Program-made: the position numbers and the translations under genes
The notes under the pieces: generated by a model
Told to the model about the DNA's origin: nothing
The model's database searches: none
What the model saw: only the letters and a program-made list of their open reading frames with translations
Part shown: positions 1-9,271 of the stretch, piece after piece
Numbering within the stretch: the first letter of the stretch is position 1
Layout of the letters: every line of letters starts with the position of its first letter
Source of the DNA: a virus
UHGV virus genome: UHGV-1373462
Length of the DNA: 36,529 nucleotides
Strand: one strand, 5' to 3'

Positions 1-118
1 TGTCCCCTTAGTTAAATGGATATAGTTATAAAACAATTTAATGCATTGTTTTAAAAAGAGAAATATCAAAATAATCCACTTCCATTGTACTCGTTTATGT
101 ACACACAATCCGTTGACT

Positions 119-511
119 TTATATGACAGGACATTCGTCATCAGTAGGCCAAGCTCGATTGATGACGAATGTCACCACCCCGACAACTGTAACATCATCC
201 AGGGCCTCACCTTCCAGCGCTTCACCGTCTCGTGTAATAAATGCCCGGCCCATAATTTTTGCAAAATCTGTGCCTCCGCCGTATTGAATTAAAACGGTAT
301 CTCCTTGCTTTGGTTTACCGGAGACATCGACTACGGTGTAACCAGTTTCTGTCTGAACGAGCCTAGTATTTGGGCCGGTACCGCAGAGTTTATCGACGGT
401 CAGTCGTACTTCTACATAGTCTGCTGCTGGCGACGGAAATCCCACGTTATAGCCCTCCGTTCGGGTTGTATAACTGGAACGTGCGCTCATCGCCTTCCTG
501 CGTTGAGACAT
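119..511 (-). CDS. UmuD-like (S24 peptidase fold, LexA/UmuD family) protein, possibly a natively N-truncated UmuD'-like form
   Basis: Contains GFPSPAADYVE, the signature around the UmuD Cys24-Gly25 cleavage site, and its length is comparable to UmuD. No clear GDSM Ser motif is visible. A GTG at 445-443 with SD GGAGGG 7 nt upstream would start translation exactly at the position of the UmuD' N-terminus (MGFPSPAADY...). The ATG at 511 is the track start. Confidence 0.6.
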   Translation of the reverse strand: MSQRRKAMSARSSYTTRTEGYNVGFPSPAADYVEVRLTVDKLCGTGPNTRLVQTETGYTVVDVSGKPKQGDTVLIQYGGGTDFAKIMGRAFITRDGEALEGEALDDVTVVGVVTFVINRAWPTDDECPVI

Positions 512-686
512 CCCGGAATGTCGTCACATAGTGCTCTATCCAATGGTTAGCCTGGCTTGGCGACCAGTGCCAGTTAACTTTTGCGAGTTCCCGGATAAAA
601 CCGGACGTTGTCACGGTGCGACGGCCATTAGGCTCAATGACAATTGCCTGACGCCAGGCTATTTCGATATCTGAGTTTCTCGGCAT
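447..686 (-). CDS. Small hypothetical protein, first gene of a LexA-box-controlled two-gene operon
   Basis: 79-aa ORF with a strong SD (AGGGGGGAATT) before the ATG at 686. A LexA box and a sigma70-like promoter lie immediately upstream. Its stop (449-447) is followed 1 nt later by a GTG in the frame of the UmuD-like gene. Confidence 0.5.
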   Translation of the reverse strand: MPRNSDIEIAWRQAIVIEPNGRRTVTTSGFIRELAKVNWHWSPSQANHWIEHYVTTFRDVSTQEGDERTFQLYNPNGGL

Positions 687-701
687 AATTCCCCCCTGAA
701 A

Positions 702-721
702 TACTGTTTTTATATACAGTA
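702..721. promoter_or_regulatory. LexA (SOS) box overlapping a sigma70-like promoter for the minus-strand operon 686..119
   Basis: The sequence TACTGTTTTTATATACAGTA is CTGT-N8-ACAG with flanking TA, 2 mismatches to the 20-bp E. coli consensus. On the minus strand the -35 is TTGGAT (734-739 revcomp) and the -10 is TATATA (711-716) with a 17-nt spacer, so the -10 sits inside the box. Confidence 0.7.
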
Positions 722-1071
722 GTTTTATCGGCGATCCAAATCAAGATAGGGCGTGCCTATCAATTTTATCTTGTGTTGTAACATACTGATGTCATGGGTA
801 AGACAAGTCCTTTCGTGACTTCAATTCCAAATCAATTGATGCTTTGTCAGTCTTTGTAGACAGGAGTTTGCATTGATCTTTTTTCTAAGTGAAACTACTC
901 TAGGCTTAAACGTGTTGTGTTTGCGCAACTGCATCATATGAAGGAATGGTAGATATTGTTTTATAAGGCAGGGATATTTGCATAATGTTCAGAGATTGCT
1001 ATGCAGCATAGAGTCCTGTTATATTAAAAAAACTAATAGTATTGCTAATTTTGCCAATAGAAGAGAAACAT

Positions 1072-1872
1072 ATGTTTGGGAAAAAATGTATTTTCTGCAA
1101 AAAAGACAGTAGCACAAACAAAATAACCAAGGAACATGTATTCCCTAAATGGTTAAAAAAAGAACTAAAAGAAACCAGAGGCCTAGTATATACTTCGCAA
1201 TATATTGAAAATAGAAAGCCTATTGACAATTCAAAATTCAAAAAAGGACTGCATCCGTATGATCAAGTTGTAAAGGATGTATGTATGGTATGCAACAATG
1301 GTTGGATGAGTGCTTTGGAAAGTAGAATAAAGGACTTATTGACAAAGCTAATTCATGGGCATGATATAGTTTTAAATGAAGAAGAATGCAATAATTTTGC
1401 CTTATGGTCAATAAAAACCGCATTAATATTATCACATTTAGAAAAGGGGCGTTCCACAGTACCACCCCAGCATTACACAACAATAATGAATGGTAACATA
1501 CCTGATAATGTGTCTGTCTTTATAGGATATTACAGACACGACACCGACTTCACATCAAGATTCCTTAGAGGCCATATTAATTTTGATTCAACATCCCCGG
1601 ATGACTCTCAGACATTTTATTTATCAACTTTCACAATCGGACATCTTTATGTCCATATATCTTATTTTTCCGAAATAGAAATCTTCAAAAACCTTCATTC
1701 CTTTGACCTAGGCAAACATTTCAAAGGCAGCATTCTCCGTATTACACCTGAGTTCCATGGCGGCCGCTTAGAGTATCCAACAAAAAACCCGATAAATTAC
1801 ACAAAAGAAGATATGAGCGCTCTTTCTATCTATATGCTAACCGGAGAAGTATCTCAACCTTATGGCACTTAG
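1072..1872 (+). CDS. AT-rich moron protein with an N-terminal HNH/His-Me-finger-like motif and an uncharacterized C-terminal domain of about 180 aa
   Basis: The motif is CIFCKK...ITKEHVFPKWL...CMVCNNGW, i.e. CxxC / catalytic-type His / CxxCN spacing typical of HNH nucleases. The start with SD (GAAGAGA) is at 1072 (MFGKK...). Its orientation is opposite to the tail operon and its codon usage is low-GC. A 320-nt AT-rich non-coding region lies upstream. Confidence 0.55.
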   Translation: MFGKKCIFCKKDSSTNKITKEHVFPKWLKKELKETRGLVYTSQYIENRKPIDNSKFKKGLHPYDQVVKDVCMVCNNGWMSALESRIKDLLTKLIHGHDIVLNEEECNNFALWSIKTALILSHLEKGRSTVPPQHYTTIMNGNIPDNVSVFIGYYRHDTDFTSRFLRGHINFDSTSPDDSQTFYLSTFTIGHLYVHISYFSEIEIFKNLHSFDLGKHFKGSILRITPEFHGGRLEYPTKNPINYTKEDMSALSIYMLTGEVSQPYGT

Positions 1873-2029
1873 AGTGTTTAAAAACACTGACAAATCGTGT
1901 CTTACAATATAAACTCACCCAGCCAAATTTAAAATAAATTGAGAGAGCGACAGTATATAACAAAAAAAACAACAGATCACTTTTGCATTATTATACTTCC
2001 ACATTGTGGCAATACCCCTCAGAATTTTC

Positions 2030-2080
2030 ACATGAAAAAAAATGAAAAGCACTGTCCAAATTATGATTTCGCACAGTGCA
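2030..2080 (-). terminator. Rho-independent terminator at the end of the tail/late operon
   Basis: On the minus strand, a hairpin GCACTGT...ACAGTGC (2049-2079) is followed by TTTTCATTTTTTTT, 23 nt after the stop of the fibre gene. Confidence 0.5.
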
Positions 2081-2102
2081 AATTTAATTATCTAATATTA
2101 AG

Positions 2103-5100
2103 TTAATTTACAGATATGCCTAAGGCGCGAGCTATAGCTCCAGCAATGACATACCCTCCCGTTGATGGGTCAGGGTGTAACCCGTCCCCTATCATCCATG
2201 GTCTGTCTGATCCAGCTGCGTAGTCCTCGTGTTTCTGACCGAAGGACGCCTGCAGGTTCAGAAAGGCCACATCACGATCATCGCGCGCAATCTTATACAT
2301 CACCTCCGCGTAAGTGGACATGGGAATACTGTTTCCGCCGTCGCGGTTATTTTCCGCCGGGCAAATCAGCAAAATATCAGCCGTTGGCCGCACAGAACGA
2401 ACCCGATCTATCATCGTGAGAATATTAGCCCGGAATGTTGCGGCAGAGAGCTGCGCGCCCTGGTCGTTCGTTCCCAGCATGATTGTCACGAGGTCGGCCC
2501 CGAGGTTATCAAAAGCATCAAGCCAGCGCTGATCCATTGCGTTGACCCAGTGATTGGTATGAGAACCACTACCTCCCATTTTATGAACCAGGACACCCGA
2601 CATGGTTTGATTGAGGATATTCGCTCCGTACAACGTCACCGGAGGAGTGATAACCGTAAACGTTACTGTGCCGCTACCGGTTGTTGGTAACGCCAGCGGG
2701 ATAATCTGCATCCCGGCGGGATGAGCCGACAGGTCAATCGTGACGGGGTCAGCCATCCCGGTTGCCTGGCACTGAATAACACCAGATCCCCCCTCGGCAA
2801 ACAGGAACGAATCAAAACCCAGCGCAAAATTCTGGCTGTATGAAATCGTTGCTCCGCTTGCACTCGCCGTCACAGACGAAATATCCGGGCCATGCCCTGT
2901 GTTGTAAGCGCAGAAAAATCCGGACTGTACGACTGATGTACCCATAACATCAGTATTATCGCCGTTAGGATCGAAACCAAAGGAACGCCAGCCGTACCCG
3001 ATGGGGGGGACAGTTGCGGCCGTGCCTGCACTATTGAAATAGCGCCAAAGGATTTGTGCCACTTTCAGCACATAACGTGGTGACATCCTGGTGTAGCTGT
3101 CTCCCATCATCGCAACGATAAGACGAACAGCATCACCAAAAGACATTTTGGTCATCCGCATATGCGTTTCCCGGAGACGCTCAATACCAAAAACATCCGG
3201 TACCGCTTCTGATACAACTTCAGCGCCTTTCACTTTGACAGGCGTGCCGTCAGGCATTTCTGACAGGTAATAGAACGCGTATTCCTCAAATGCAGTGGCG
3301 CTGTCTCCTTTCTCAACCTGGGCTTCTACATACCGATCCGAGCCAAATGTAATTCTCACATAGGCAATTTCCGAGTCAGTAACGAACGAAGTCAGTGCCT
3401 GAGTGGAGGATGCATCCGTACGGATAAACGTTTTACTGGCGTTATAAAACGTAATGAACCTGGCGCCAACACGAAGTACGTAAGCCGTGCTGAATTCAAC
3501 GGGAATATAATCTGAGTACACGTAACGTGAGTCAGGGGATATAACATTGCCCGATTCATTAATATACCCTGATTGCACGGTCGCCCTGTTAAACAGGTTT
3601 TTCCCCAGTACTATCAGTCCATGCTTTACAAAATCAATATCGAGCTGGTCTGCGTCAACAATATCTCCAGGGATTCGGATCTGAAAACCGTCAGGCAGTA
3701 CTTTGCGCATGACATGCACATAGTCTTCAACGGGCGGCAGTACTGACGCTCTGGCGACAAACATCGCATCTTTGTTTGAAAGAAGAGTGGTTATTCTCAC
3801 ATACGCTGCCGATGCAGGCGCAGTGACAACATTAACTGCTGAAACCGACGAAAGATGTTTTTTGTCCGAGTCGTAGAAGTTAATGAAGCGCATCGACCGG
3901 CTTGAATTCAGAACATCACCCGCCGACACTTTAATGTATTCCGAGGTGATGTATACGGACCCACTGGCTGCCGGAACCGGGAACCATGCACCGAACTCAT
4001 TGATATAACCATCAACCACCTTGTTCTTATTGAACAGGTTCGTACCGGGGCCGTAGAGGTCTGTTTCCGTCAGGGCTTTTACCGGTTCATAAAAGACTAC
4101 TGGCACACCTGAATATTCCGATGGGGCCTTTGATTTAAACGGCTCAAATTCGGTGGCCTTATTATTCCTTTCCACCATGGTAACAGACGCCACGACAGCA
4201 GGAATTTCTATCCGCATATACGCGGCATTTGACGGTAATGTCAGCGGATTGACAGGTTTTGTTGAATAGGACGAATCATACTGGCGGCTGATAAACACGC
4301 CTTTCGCATCATAGTATGTAGCTGCTTTCCACGGATGATCGACACAATAAGGCTGAGTCGGGTCAACAGGGATGTATCCCGATACGGTCATGCTGGTATC
4401 AGAGTCTGTAAGAATTGTGCCGATACTGGAAAGATGCACGCCGGGCATAGCATCGGCAGGATTGAATAAGTTTTTACCTGCAGTAAAGCCCAGCGTTTGA
4501 TAGGAGTTTGTCGGTGCCCCTTTGATCTTATCCCGCAGTACTGCCTGATATGCCCGATAGGGCATTTCGCCAGCACCAAACGTTACCTGATAGGTGTCGA
4601 TGTTTATCAGCGGTACCGAAACAATAAAATAGGCAGTACCGGCAGGCGCTGTAAATGCAGTAACAGATGAGATATCAGACAGATAATTGTCGTTACCATC
4701 AAAAAATGTCACTACACGAGTGAGAAGCCTGGAGGTATAAGCCCCCCCGGCCACGGCAGAGATCTTTTCTGAATAGCAGTACTCAGGATTTTCCCTGGGG
4801 ATCCCCGTTCCCTCAAACAGATAGAACCCGGAGATCACCGCTCCCTTGTTGAACAGGTTCATGCCGGGACCAACAAGACTGGGGATAATCCCTTCTACGG
4901 TTTTCTGTGAAACCATACGGCGCCCGGTAGGCTGCAGCGTCCCGCCAACATTCATCACCTCGATTGCGAGCGCACTGTTATCCGGGCTGCGGTAATACGT
5001 GGTCGAGCCCACCGGAATATTCGCGATATCCGCCTGCGCAGCTGCCAGCGTCTGGTATTGCTTATTGAGCGGGATAAGGTTCTGCCTGACCTCATCGTTT

Positions 5101-5252
5101 TTCGCCATCATCTGGCGCCAGGTATCGAGCGGTTCACCTGCGCGGTCGTTAACCGTTCCGGCCGGACCGTTAACCAGCTCGTCAGCGCGCTTGACGTTAT
5201 CCAGGAATATTTCAGGCGTCGTCGTTCCCAAAGGCGGGTTAAGTTCGGCCAT
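2103..5252 (-). CDS. Side tail fibre / tailspike with four tandem repeat modules and a C-terminal SGNH (GDSL) esterase domain
   Basis: 1049 aa. Four repeats begin G-x-NLFN (aa approximately 118, 270, 395, 555). The C-terminal approximately 230 aa carry GDSYT (block I Ser), LGTND and DGLHP (DxxH) motifs characteristic of SGNH hydrolases. The position is the last structural gene. Confidence 0.8.
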   Translation of the reverse strand: MAELNPPLGTTTPEIFLDNVKRADELVNGPAGTVNDRAGEPLDTWRQMMAKNDEVRQNLIPLNKQYQTLAAAQADIANIPVGSTTYYRSPDNSALAIEVMNVGGTLQPTGRRMVSQKTVEGIIPSLVGPGMNLFNKGAVISGFYLFEGTGIPRENPEYCYSEKISAVAGGAYTSRLLTRVVTFFDGNDNYLSDISSVTAFTAPAGTAYFIVSVPLINIDTYQVTFGAGEMPYRAYQAVLRDKIKGAPTNSYQTLGFTAGKNLFNPADAMPGVHLSSIGTILTDSDTSMTVSGYIPVDPTQPYCVDHPWKAATYYDAKGVFISRQYDSSYSTKPVNPLTLPSNAAYMRIEIPAVVASVTMVERNNKATEFEPFKSKAPSEYSGVPVVFYEPVKALTETDLYGPGTNLFNKNKVVDGYINEFGAWFPVPAASGSVYITSEYIKVSAGDVLNSSRSMRFINFYDSDKKHLSSVSAVNVVTAPASAAYVRITTLLSNKDAMFVARASVLPPVEDYVHVMRKVLPDGFQIRIPGDIVDADQLDIDFVKHGLIVLGKNLFNRATVQSGYINESGNVISPDSRYVYSDYIPVEFSTAYVLRVGARFITFYNASKTFIRTDASSTQALTSFVTDSEIAYVRITFGSDRYVEAQVEKGDSATAFEEYAFYYLSEMPDGTPVKVKGAEVVSEAVPDVFGIERLRETHMRMTKMSFGDAVRLIVAMMGDSYTRMSPRYVLKVAQILWRYFNSAGTAATVPPIGYGWRSFGFDPNGDNTDVMGTSVVQSGFFCAYNTGHGPDISSVTASASGATISYSQNFALGFDSFLFAEGGSGVIQCQATGMADPVTIDLSAHPAGMQIIPLALPTTGSGTVTFTVITPPVTLYGANILNQTMSGVLVHKMGGSGSHTNHWVNAMDQRWLDAFDNLGADLVTIMLGTNDQGAQLSAATFRANILTMIDRVRSVRPTADILLICPAENNRDGGNSIPMSTYAEVMYKIARDDRDVAFLNLQASFGQKHEDYAAGSDRPWMIGDGLHPDPSTGGYVIAGAIARALGISVN

Positions 5253-5327
5253 GTTTTTTGCTCCAAAAAGAGGCTTCGCCCAAACGAGGGTTTGAGCGAA
5301 AGAAAAGTTGAAAGGGATTTTTTGGTA

Positions 5328-8300
5328 TTAAGCGACGTCGCCGGGGTATGTGGCGTCGTCGTACTGGTAGAAAATTTCTTTATATTCAGGTGCAGTAATC
5401 TGACAGTTGCTGTCACCCGATGGGGCAACCTCCTGGACTATCCCATGCCGCGCACCCTTTTCACTGTCGCAGAACAATAACTTCGGCGGATCAATATCTG
5501 GGTCATCCATTATCCAGTCATCCGGATGCAGGTCGTCGTTGTACGGCACCGTCAGCGTGAAATCATCTACCCGTTGCGGCGTGAGCATTCGCGATGATGG
5601 TCGACCGTCCTGAAACTGTATCCAGCAGCGAGGATTCGCGTAGCTCCAGTCCAGTGGCTCCGTGACGTGCAGCGTAATTTCCTGGAAGTCGTAAATCATC
5701 GCGTCAATCAGGCAACTTTGGGTTTTCCCGGTTGGAATGTCGTCGGACAAAATGATGTGATCACCGAAGTCATGACACCATCCCAGCATCGAAGTCGTAG
5801 CCGTATACGTTCGGCGTTGGTGAAGATATTTCATTAACCGACGCATCCCGATACGCCAGGCGCGATCTGCAGTCATGGCAACATCAATGGTGTATGCCTC
5901 CGTTTTGCGCGGAAAAGGATTTTCCGGCGTCCGGCACTGTACGGTTTCCTCCGCCCAGGTCACAGGGTTGATATATTTCACATCCACGCCATCAAAATCA
6001 TCCTCCGACGGGACCCTGAATGACGTCTGCATTTCCTCCACGGTATCCTGAGGAGTAATGATCCCTGTCCAGCTTTTGACGCCCTCTCTCCCGACAGAAA
6101 GCAACCCGTCAGACAGCAGAAAATACCCCATGCCAGCCTCGGCTATTTTGTCGAAAATATCCTTTGCTGACGTGCTGTCACTGCTTGCCTGGTGATCAAA
6201 ATATTCTCCCCTTGGCGTCCAGTAGGTAGCCTCCAGCGTACTGAGCGCCGCAATGTCGATCTGGTCGTCGCGATATCCCAGACTGCGGGCAAGATGCAGG
6301 AACGCACCGCTGATTGTCCTGTCACCACCGCCATCATAATTTCGTGTGGCGACAACACTCACACGCTTGTCTGACTGCGCCGCCAGCTGGCCGCCAGTTT
6401 CAACCGTGATCCCTATTGTTGATATCCCTGCGTAGGAGGTCGGACGGGAAAGCAAACGACCTCTGAGCGCCTGCCAGAACATGCTGTCTCTCGCGTTGTT
6501 GCTCCCCTGCTCGTTACGGCGGCGACATCGAACCTCCACCAGCCCAGGAGAGGACAGATCAAAACGCTCTGTAAAACCGAGGCCATTAATGTTTTTAAGC
6601 GCGTAAACCCCTGGCTTACTCGTCCACCCTGATCCGGAACCATAAACGCGATACTGGATTTCATACTCGACATGGCGGACCCGCTTATTCCCGTTGTTCT
6701 GGAACCCGCAAATTCCGTTTGGGAAAGCAAAGTTGACCTCGAAGGCGTCCACAACTTCATTCTGCGGGCAGGCCAGAAAGGGGCCTAGCCAGGTTTCATT
6801 ATCGTTAATACCAGACGCGGCAAAATCCACGACGGTACGGGTCATAAAGCCTGACCAGGTGCTGTCAACGACACCGTTAACCACACGCTGTACGGTCGCA
6901 GAGGGACCATCAGTAGACGCTATCTGGTATTCGTTGCCACGGTGCGCCAGGGAAATCCGCTGAGTGCCTTCCGGCAATCCGGAAAAGGCAGTGCCAGAAT
7001 CGTATGCCAGCGTCACGCTGGCTGTTACCGCAGGGCTTCCGCCGCTGGATGCTGTACCAGCTGTAAATACCGGGCTGTCGCCAAATACTGACGCAGGCAG
7101 GAATGATGACGTAATGGAACCGCCACGCCAGGGGCTGGAGATCTCCACGATACGTATCACGCCGCCATCATCCTGAGCAATGAGCCCAGAACCATTCAAC
7201 CCGCCGTTAATCGCTGCGAGCAAGCCAGACATTGTGCCGTAGTTGGCGACCAGAGATATGGTATAGGTGATACCCTGCCAGGTCAGAGCAAAGGTCTGGC
7301 TGGTTGTCGTAAAGTCATACGTTGACGGCGAGGCACTGGCACGTAATACCGCAGTCGCTCCCCCTGTTCCCGGAACGGCGTCCTGGTGAGGGGTATACGT
7401 GGCGATCTGCAGGTCATAGTCAGTACCGTTAAACGTAAGGGTGACAGGCATTCCGCTGAAGGGCGCAATCTCTGACACGACGTCGCCTGTCAGCACGTTA
7501 AAACCGCCCTCGATGGATACCTGATAATTCACTGGCGCTTTCAGGGTGACAATTGCACCGGCGATCCAGCCAGGAGGAAGTTTGTTCTCATCCTCGTCTT
7601 CATCATTATCATCATCGACATCGAGGCCAGAAAACGAGACAGAGGCACCGCTGACGGTCATGGCATCAGCAACGATATCACTGGCTTCAGGGGCAGTCTG
7701 AGCCATATCGAGGCCGCTGCCGCTCGACGTTCCCCCAACTTCCGTTGAGTTGAACCATATCTCACTGCGACGATCCCCGGCCACATTATCGCCGGGCCCA
7801 TAGCTGGTATATGAAAAGCCCTCGCCTAAGGTCAGCGCCGGAGTTTCTCCTACCAGAAAATCCCCACCGGTATAGGAGAAACGCCCATATCCAAGGCAGA
7901 CAAACATTTCTACCGTCATTCTGGTTGGATCAGCGGGGTTGAATCGAGTTACCGGCTGTACCAGGTAATCCGGGTAGATCCGGTTTCGCCCGAAAGCCTC
8001 CCTAACGGGATCGCCAAGCTTCGCTGTGTTGGCTTTAGCTGGATTCAGATCCAGCGATGAAGCGTTACTGGATGAAAAGCCGCCCAGCTCTGGTTTAGGG
8101 GCAAAGAATAATGCATAGGCCGTAGACGCAATGGATACGGCCACCGAAACCCACGCGGCAATTTCAAGCCCCGTGCCATAAGGAATGGGATATATCCGCA
8201 CGTCACTGTCTGGCCGCAACAAACATAACGGCCATTCCGCCGGGGGGACTGCCTGGCCGTTCAGCTCGATCACGACAGGATGAGTTTTATCCTGTGAATA

Positions 8301-8405
8301 GCTCGGGACATTTCTGCTCATCCACTCATGAAGCGTCAGCACACCATGATCGTGCGTTTCAAGGGGTTCACCCGGTAGCCGGGACGGGTAAAACTTTATC
8401 GTCAT
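5328..8405 (-). CDS. Tail tip / central fibre protein (host specificity protein J-like)
   Basis: 1025-aa ORF that follows the NlpC/P60 gene with an ATGA overlap. It contains an acidic stretch (DDDNDEDEDE). Its size and position match a lambdoid J-like tip protein. Confidence 0.65.
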   Translation of the reverse strand: MTIKFYPSRLPGEPLETHDHGVLTLHEWMSRNVPSYSQDKTHPVVIELNGQAVPPAEWPLCLLRPDSDVRIYPIPYGTGLEIAAWVSVAVSIASTAYALFFAPKPELGGFSSSNASSLDLNPAKANTAKLGDPVREAFGRNRIYPDYLVQPVTRFNPADPTRMTVEMFVCLGYGRFSYTGGDFLVGETPALTLGEGFSYTSYGPGDNVAGDRRSEIWFNSTEVGGTSSGSGLDMAQTAPEASDIVADAMTVSGASVSFSGLDVDDDNDEDEDENKLPPGWIAGAIVTLKAPVNYQVSIEGGFNVLTGDVVSEIAPFSGMPVTLTFNGTDYDLQIATYTPHQDAVPGTGGATAVLRASASPSTYDFTTTSQTFALTWQGITYTISLVANYGTMSGLLAAINGGLNGSGLIAQDDGGVIRIVEISSPWRGGSITSSFLPASVFGDSPVFTAGTASSGGSPAVTASVTLAYDSGTAFSGLPEGTQRISLAHRGNEYQIASTDGPSATVQRVVNGVVDSTWSGFMTRTVVDFAASGINDNETWLGPFLACPQNEVVDAFEVNFAFPNGICGFQNNGNKRVRHVEYEIQYRVYGSGSGWTSKPGVYALKNINGLGFTERFDLSSPGLVEVRCRRRNEQGSNNARDSMFWQALRGRLLSRPTSYAGISTIGITVETGGQLAAQSDKRVSVVATRNYDGGGDRTISGAFLHLARSLGYRDDQIDIAALSTLEATYWTPRGEYFDHQASSDSTSAKDIFDKIAEAGMGYFLLSDGLLSVGREGVKSWTGIITPQDTVEEMQTSFRVPSEDDFDGVDVKYINPVTWAEETVQCRTPENPFPRKTEAYTIDVAMTADRAWRIGMRRLMKYLHQRRTYTATTSMLGWCHDFGDHIILSDDIPTGKTQSCLIDAMIYDFQEITLHVTEPLDWSYANPRCWIQFQDGRPSSRMLTPQRVDDFTLTVPYNDDLHPDDWIMDDPDIDPPKLLFCDSEKGARHGIVQEVAPSGDSNCQITAPEYKEIFYQYDDATYPGDVA

Positions 8406-8782
8406 TGCCAGAACTCCACGCGGTTAAAGCGACGGATAAATCGCGATAGTGGCAGAAACGTAACCCCCGAGCCTGGATTGCATTCCGCGACCTGCAACTG
8501 GTTATCGAGCATTACAACGATCCCGACATGGGAAACCGTTGAGCCCGAATAGCAAGCCACTCCGGCACCTTCACAGGGTTCACAACGTTTCAGAGAAAGC
8601 ATCAGCTTTCTCGCTTCCCGGTCGAGGCCCCCGCCGTCTTTGGTCACACCAGCAAAATCCGGCCATTCAGGTAGCCCCAGGTCGCGACGTATCTCATTTA
8701 CAATGCCGAAACAGTCGAGCTGCGGATATACGCGCCCGCCCTTCAGCCAGGTGACTGAACGGTATTTATCAGGGTTAAACAT
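8402..8782 (-). CDS. Tail-associated NlpC/P60 family peptidase (lambda gpK C-terminal domain-like)
   Basis: A Cys/His NlpC/P60 signature (CEPCEGAGVACYSGSTVSHVGIVV) is present. It sits between the minor tail genes and the tip protein. Confidence 0.7.
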   Translation of the reverse strand: MFNPDKYRSVTWLKGGRVYPQLDCFGIVNEIRRDLGLPEWPDFAGVTKDGGGLDREARKLMLSLKRCEPCEGAGVACYSGSTVSHVGIVVMLDNQLQVAECNPGSGVTFLPLSRFIRRFNRVEFWQ

Positions 8783-8794
8783 ATTTGCCTCAGA

Positions 8795-9271
8795 TTAGTA
8801 ACGTAAGCCCGGATGCTCGGCGAGGTTGTAACGTTTACGGGGCCAGGCTGTTTTGAGGACATTCATATAGCCTGCCGTGACCTGAACTGCTGTCGGGGTC
8901 CAGGAGCCGGATTTGATATCGAGCGTATACGGTGATGATGCCGGAGCAGACAGATCGGATGAAATGTACCGCCGGAATGTCAGCGTGGCTGATTTCATTT
9001 CATCCAGAATTTTATCGATCGCCTCTGAAACCCGTCCGTCAATATTGCTGATAGCAAACTTTAAATCCTGTGTCCCATCGGCGTTCCTGGCTGGTAAGGC
9101 GATATCTATCGCGCTGGCATCAAACGTCACCGGCTGACCATTTTCCAGCGTCACTGAAACGTCATCCCAGCCACTGGTTAGCCAGTAGTTATCATCGCCT
9201 GCTGATATCTGCAGCGTATCGTGAATAACCTCCGATCCGCTGCTGGCATATAGTCGCTCAAGAATTGTCAT
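8795..9271 (-). CDS. Minor tail protein
   Basis: 158-aa ORF in the tail module, between the gpM-position gene and the NlpC/P60 gene. It overlaps the upstream gene by 14 nt. Confidence 0.5.
   Translation of the reverse strand: MTILERLYASSGSEVIHDTLQISAGDDNYWLTSGWDDVSVTLENGQPVTFDASAIDIALPARNADGTQDLKFAISNIDGRVSEAIDKILDEMKSATLTFRRYISSDLSAPASSPYTLDIKSGSWTPTAVQVTAGYMNVLKTAWPRKRYNLAEHPGLRY

Noticed and set aside
2162-2863. Several plus-strand ORFs (2162..2419, 2229..2690, 2314..2532, and the minus-strand 2663..2863) inside the fibre gene
   Set aside because: They lie antisense to, or out of frame within, a long well-supported CDS, with no SD and atypical composition. They are artefacts of high-GC coding sequence.
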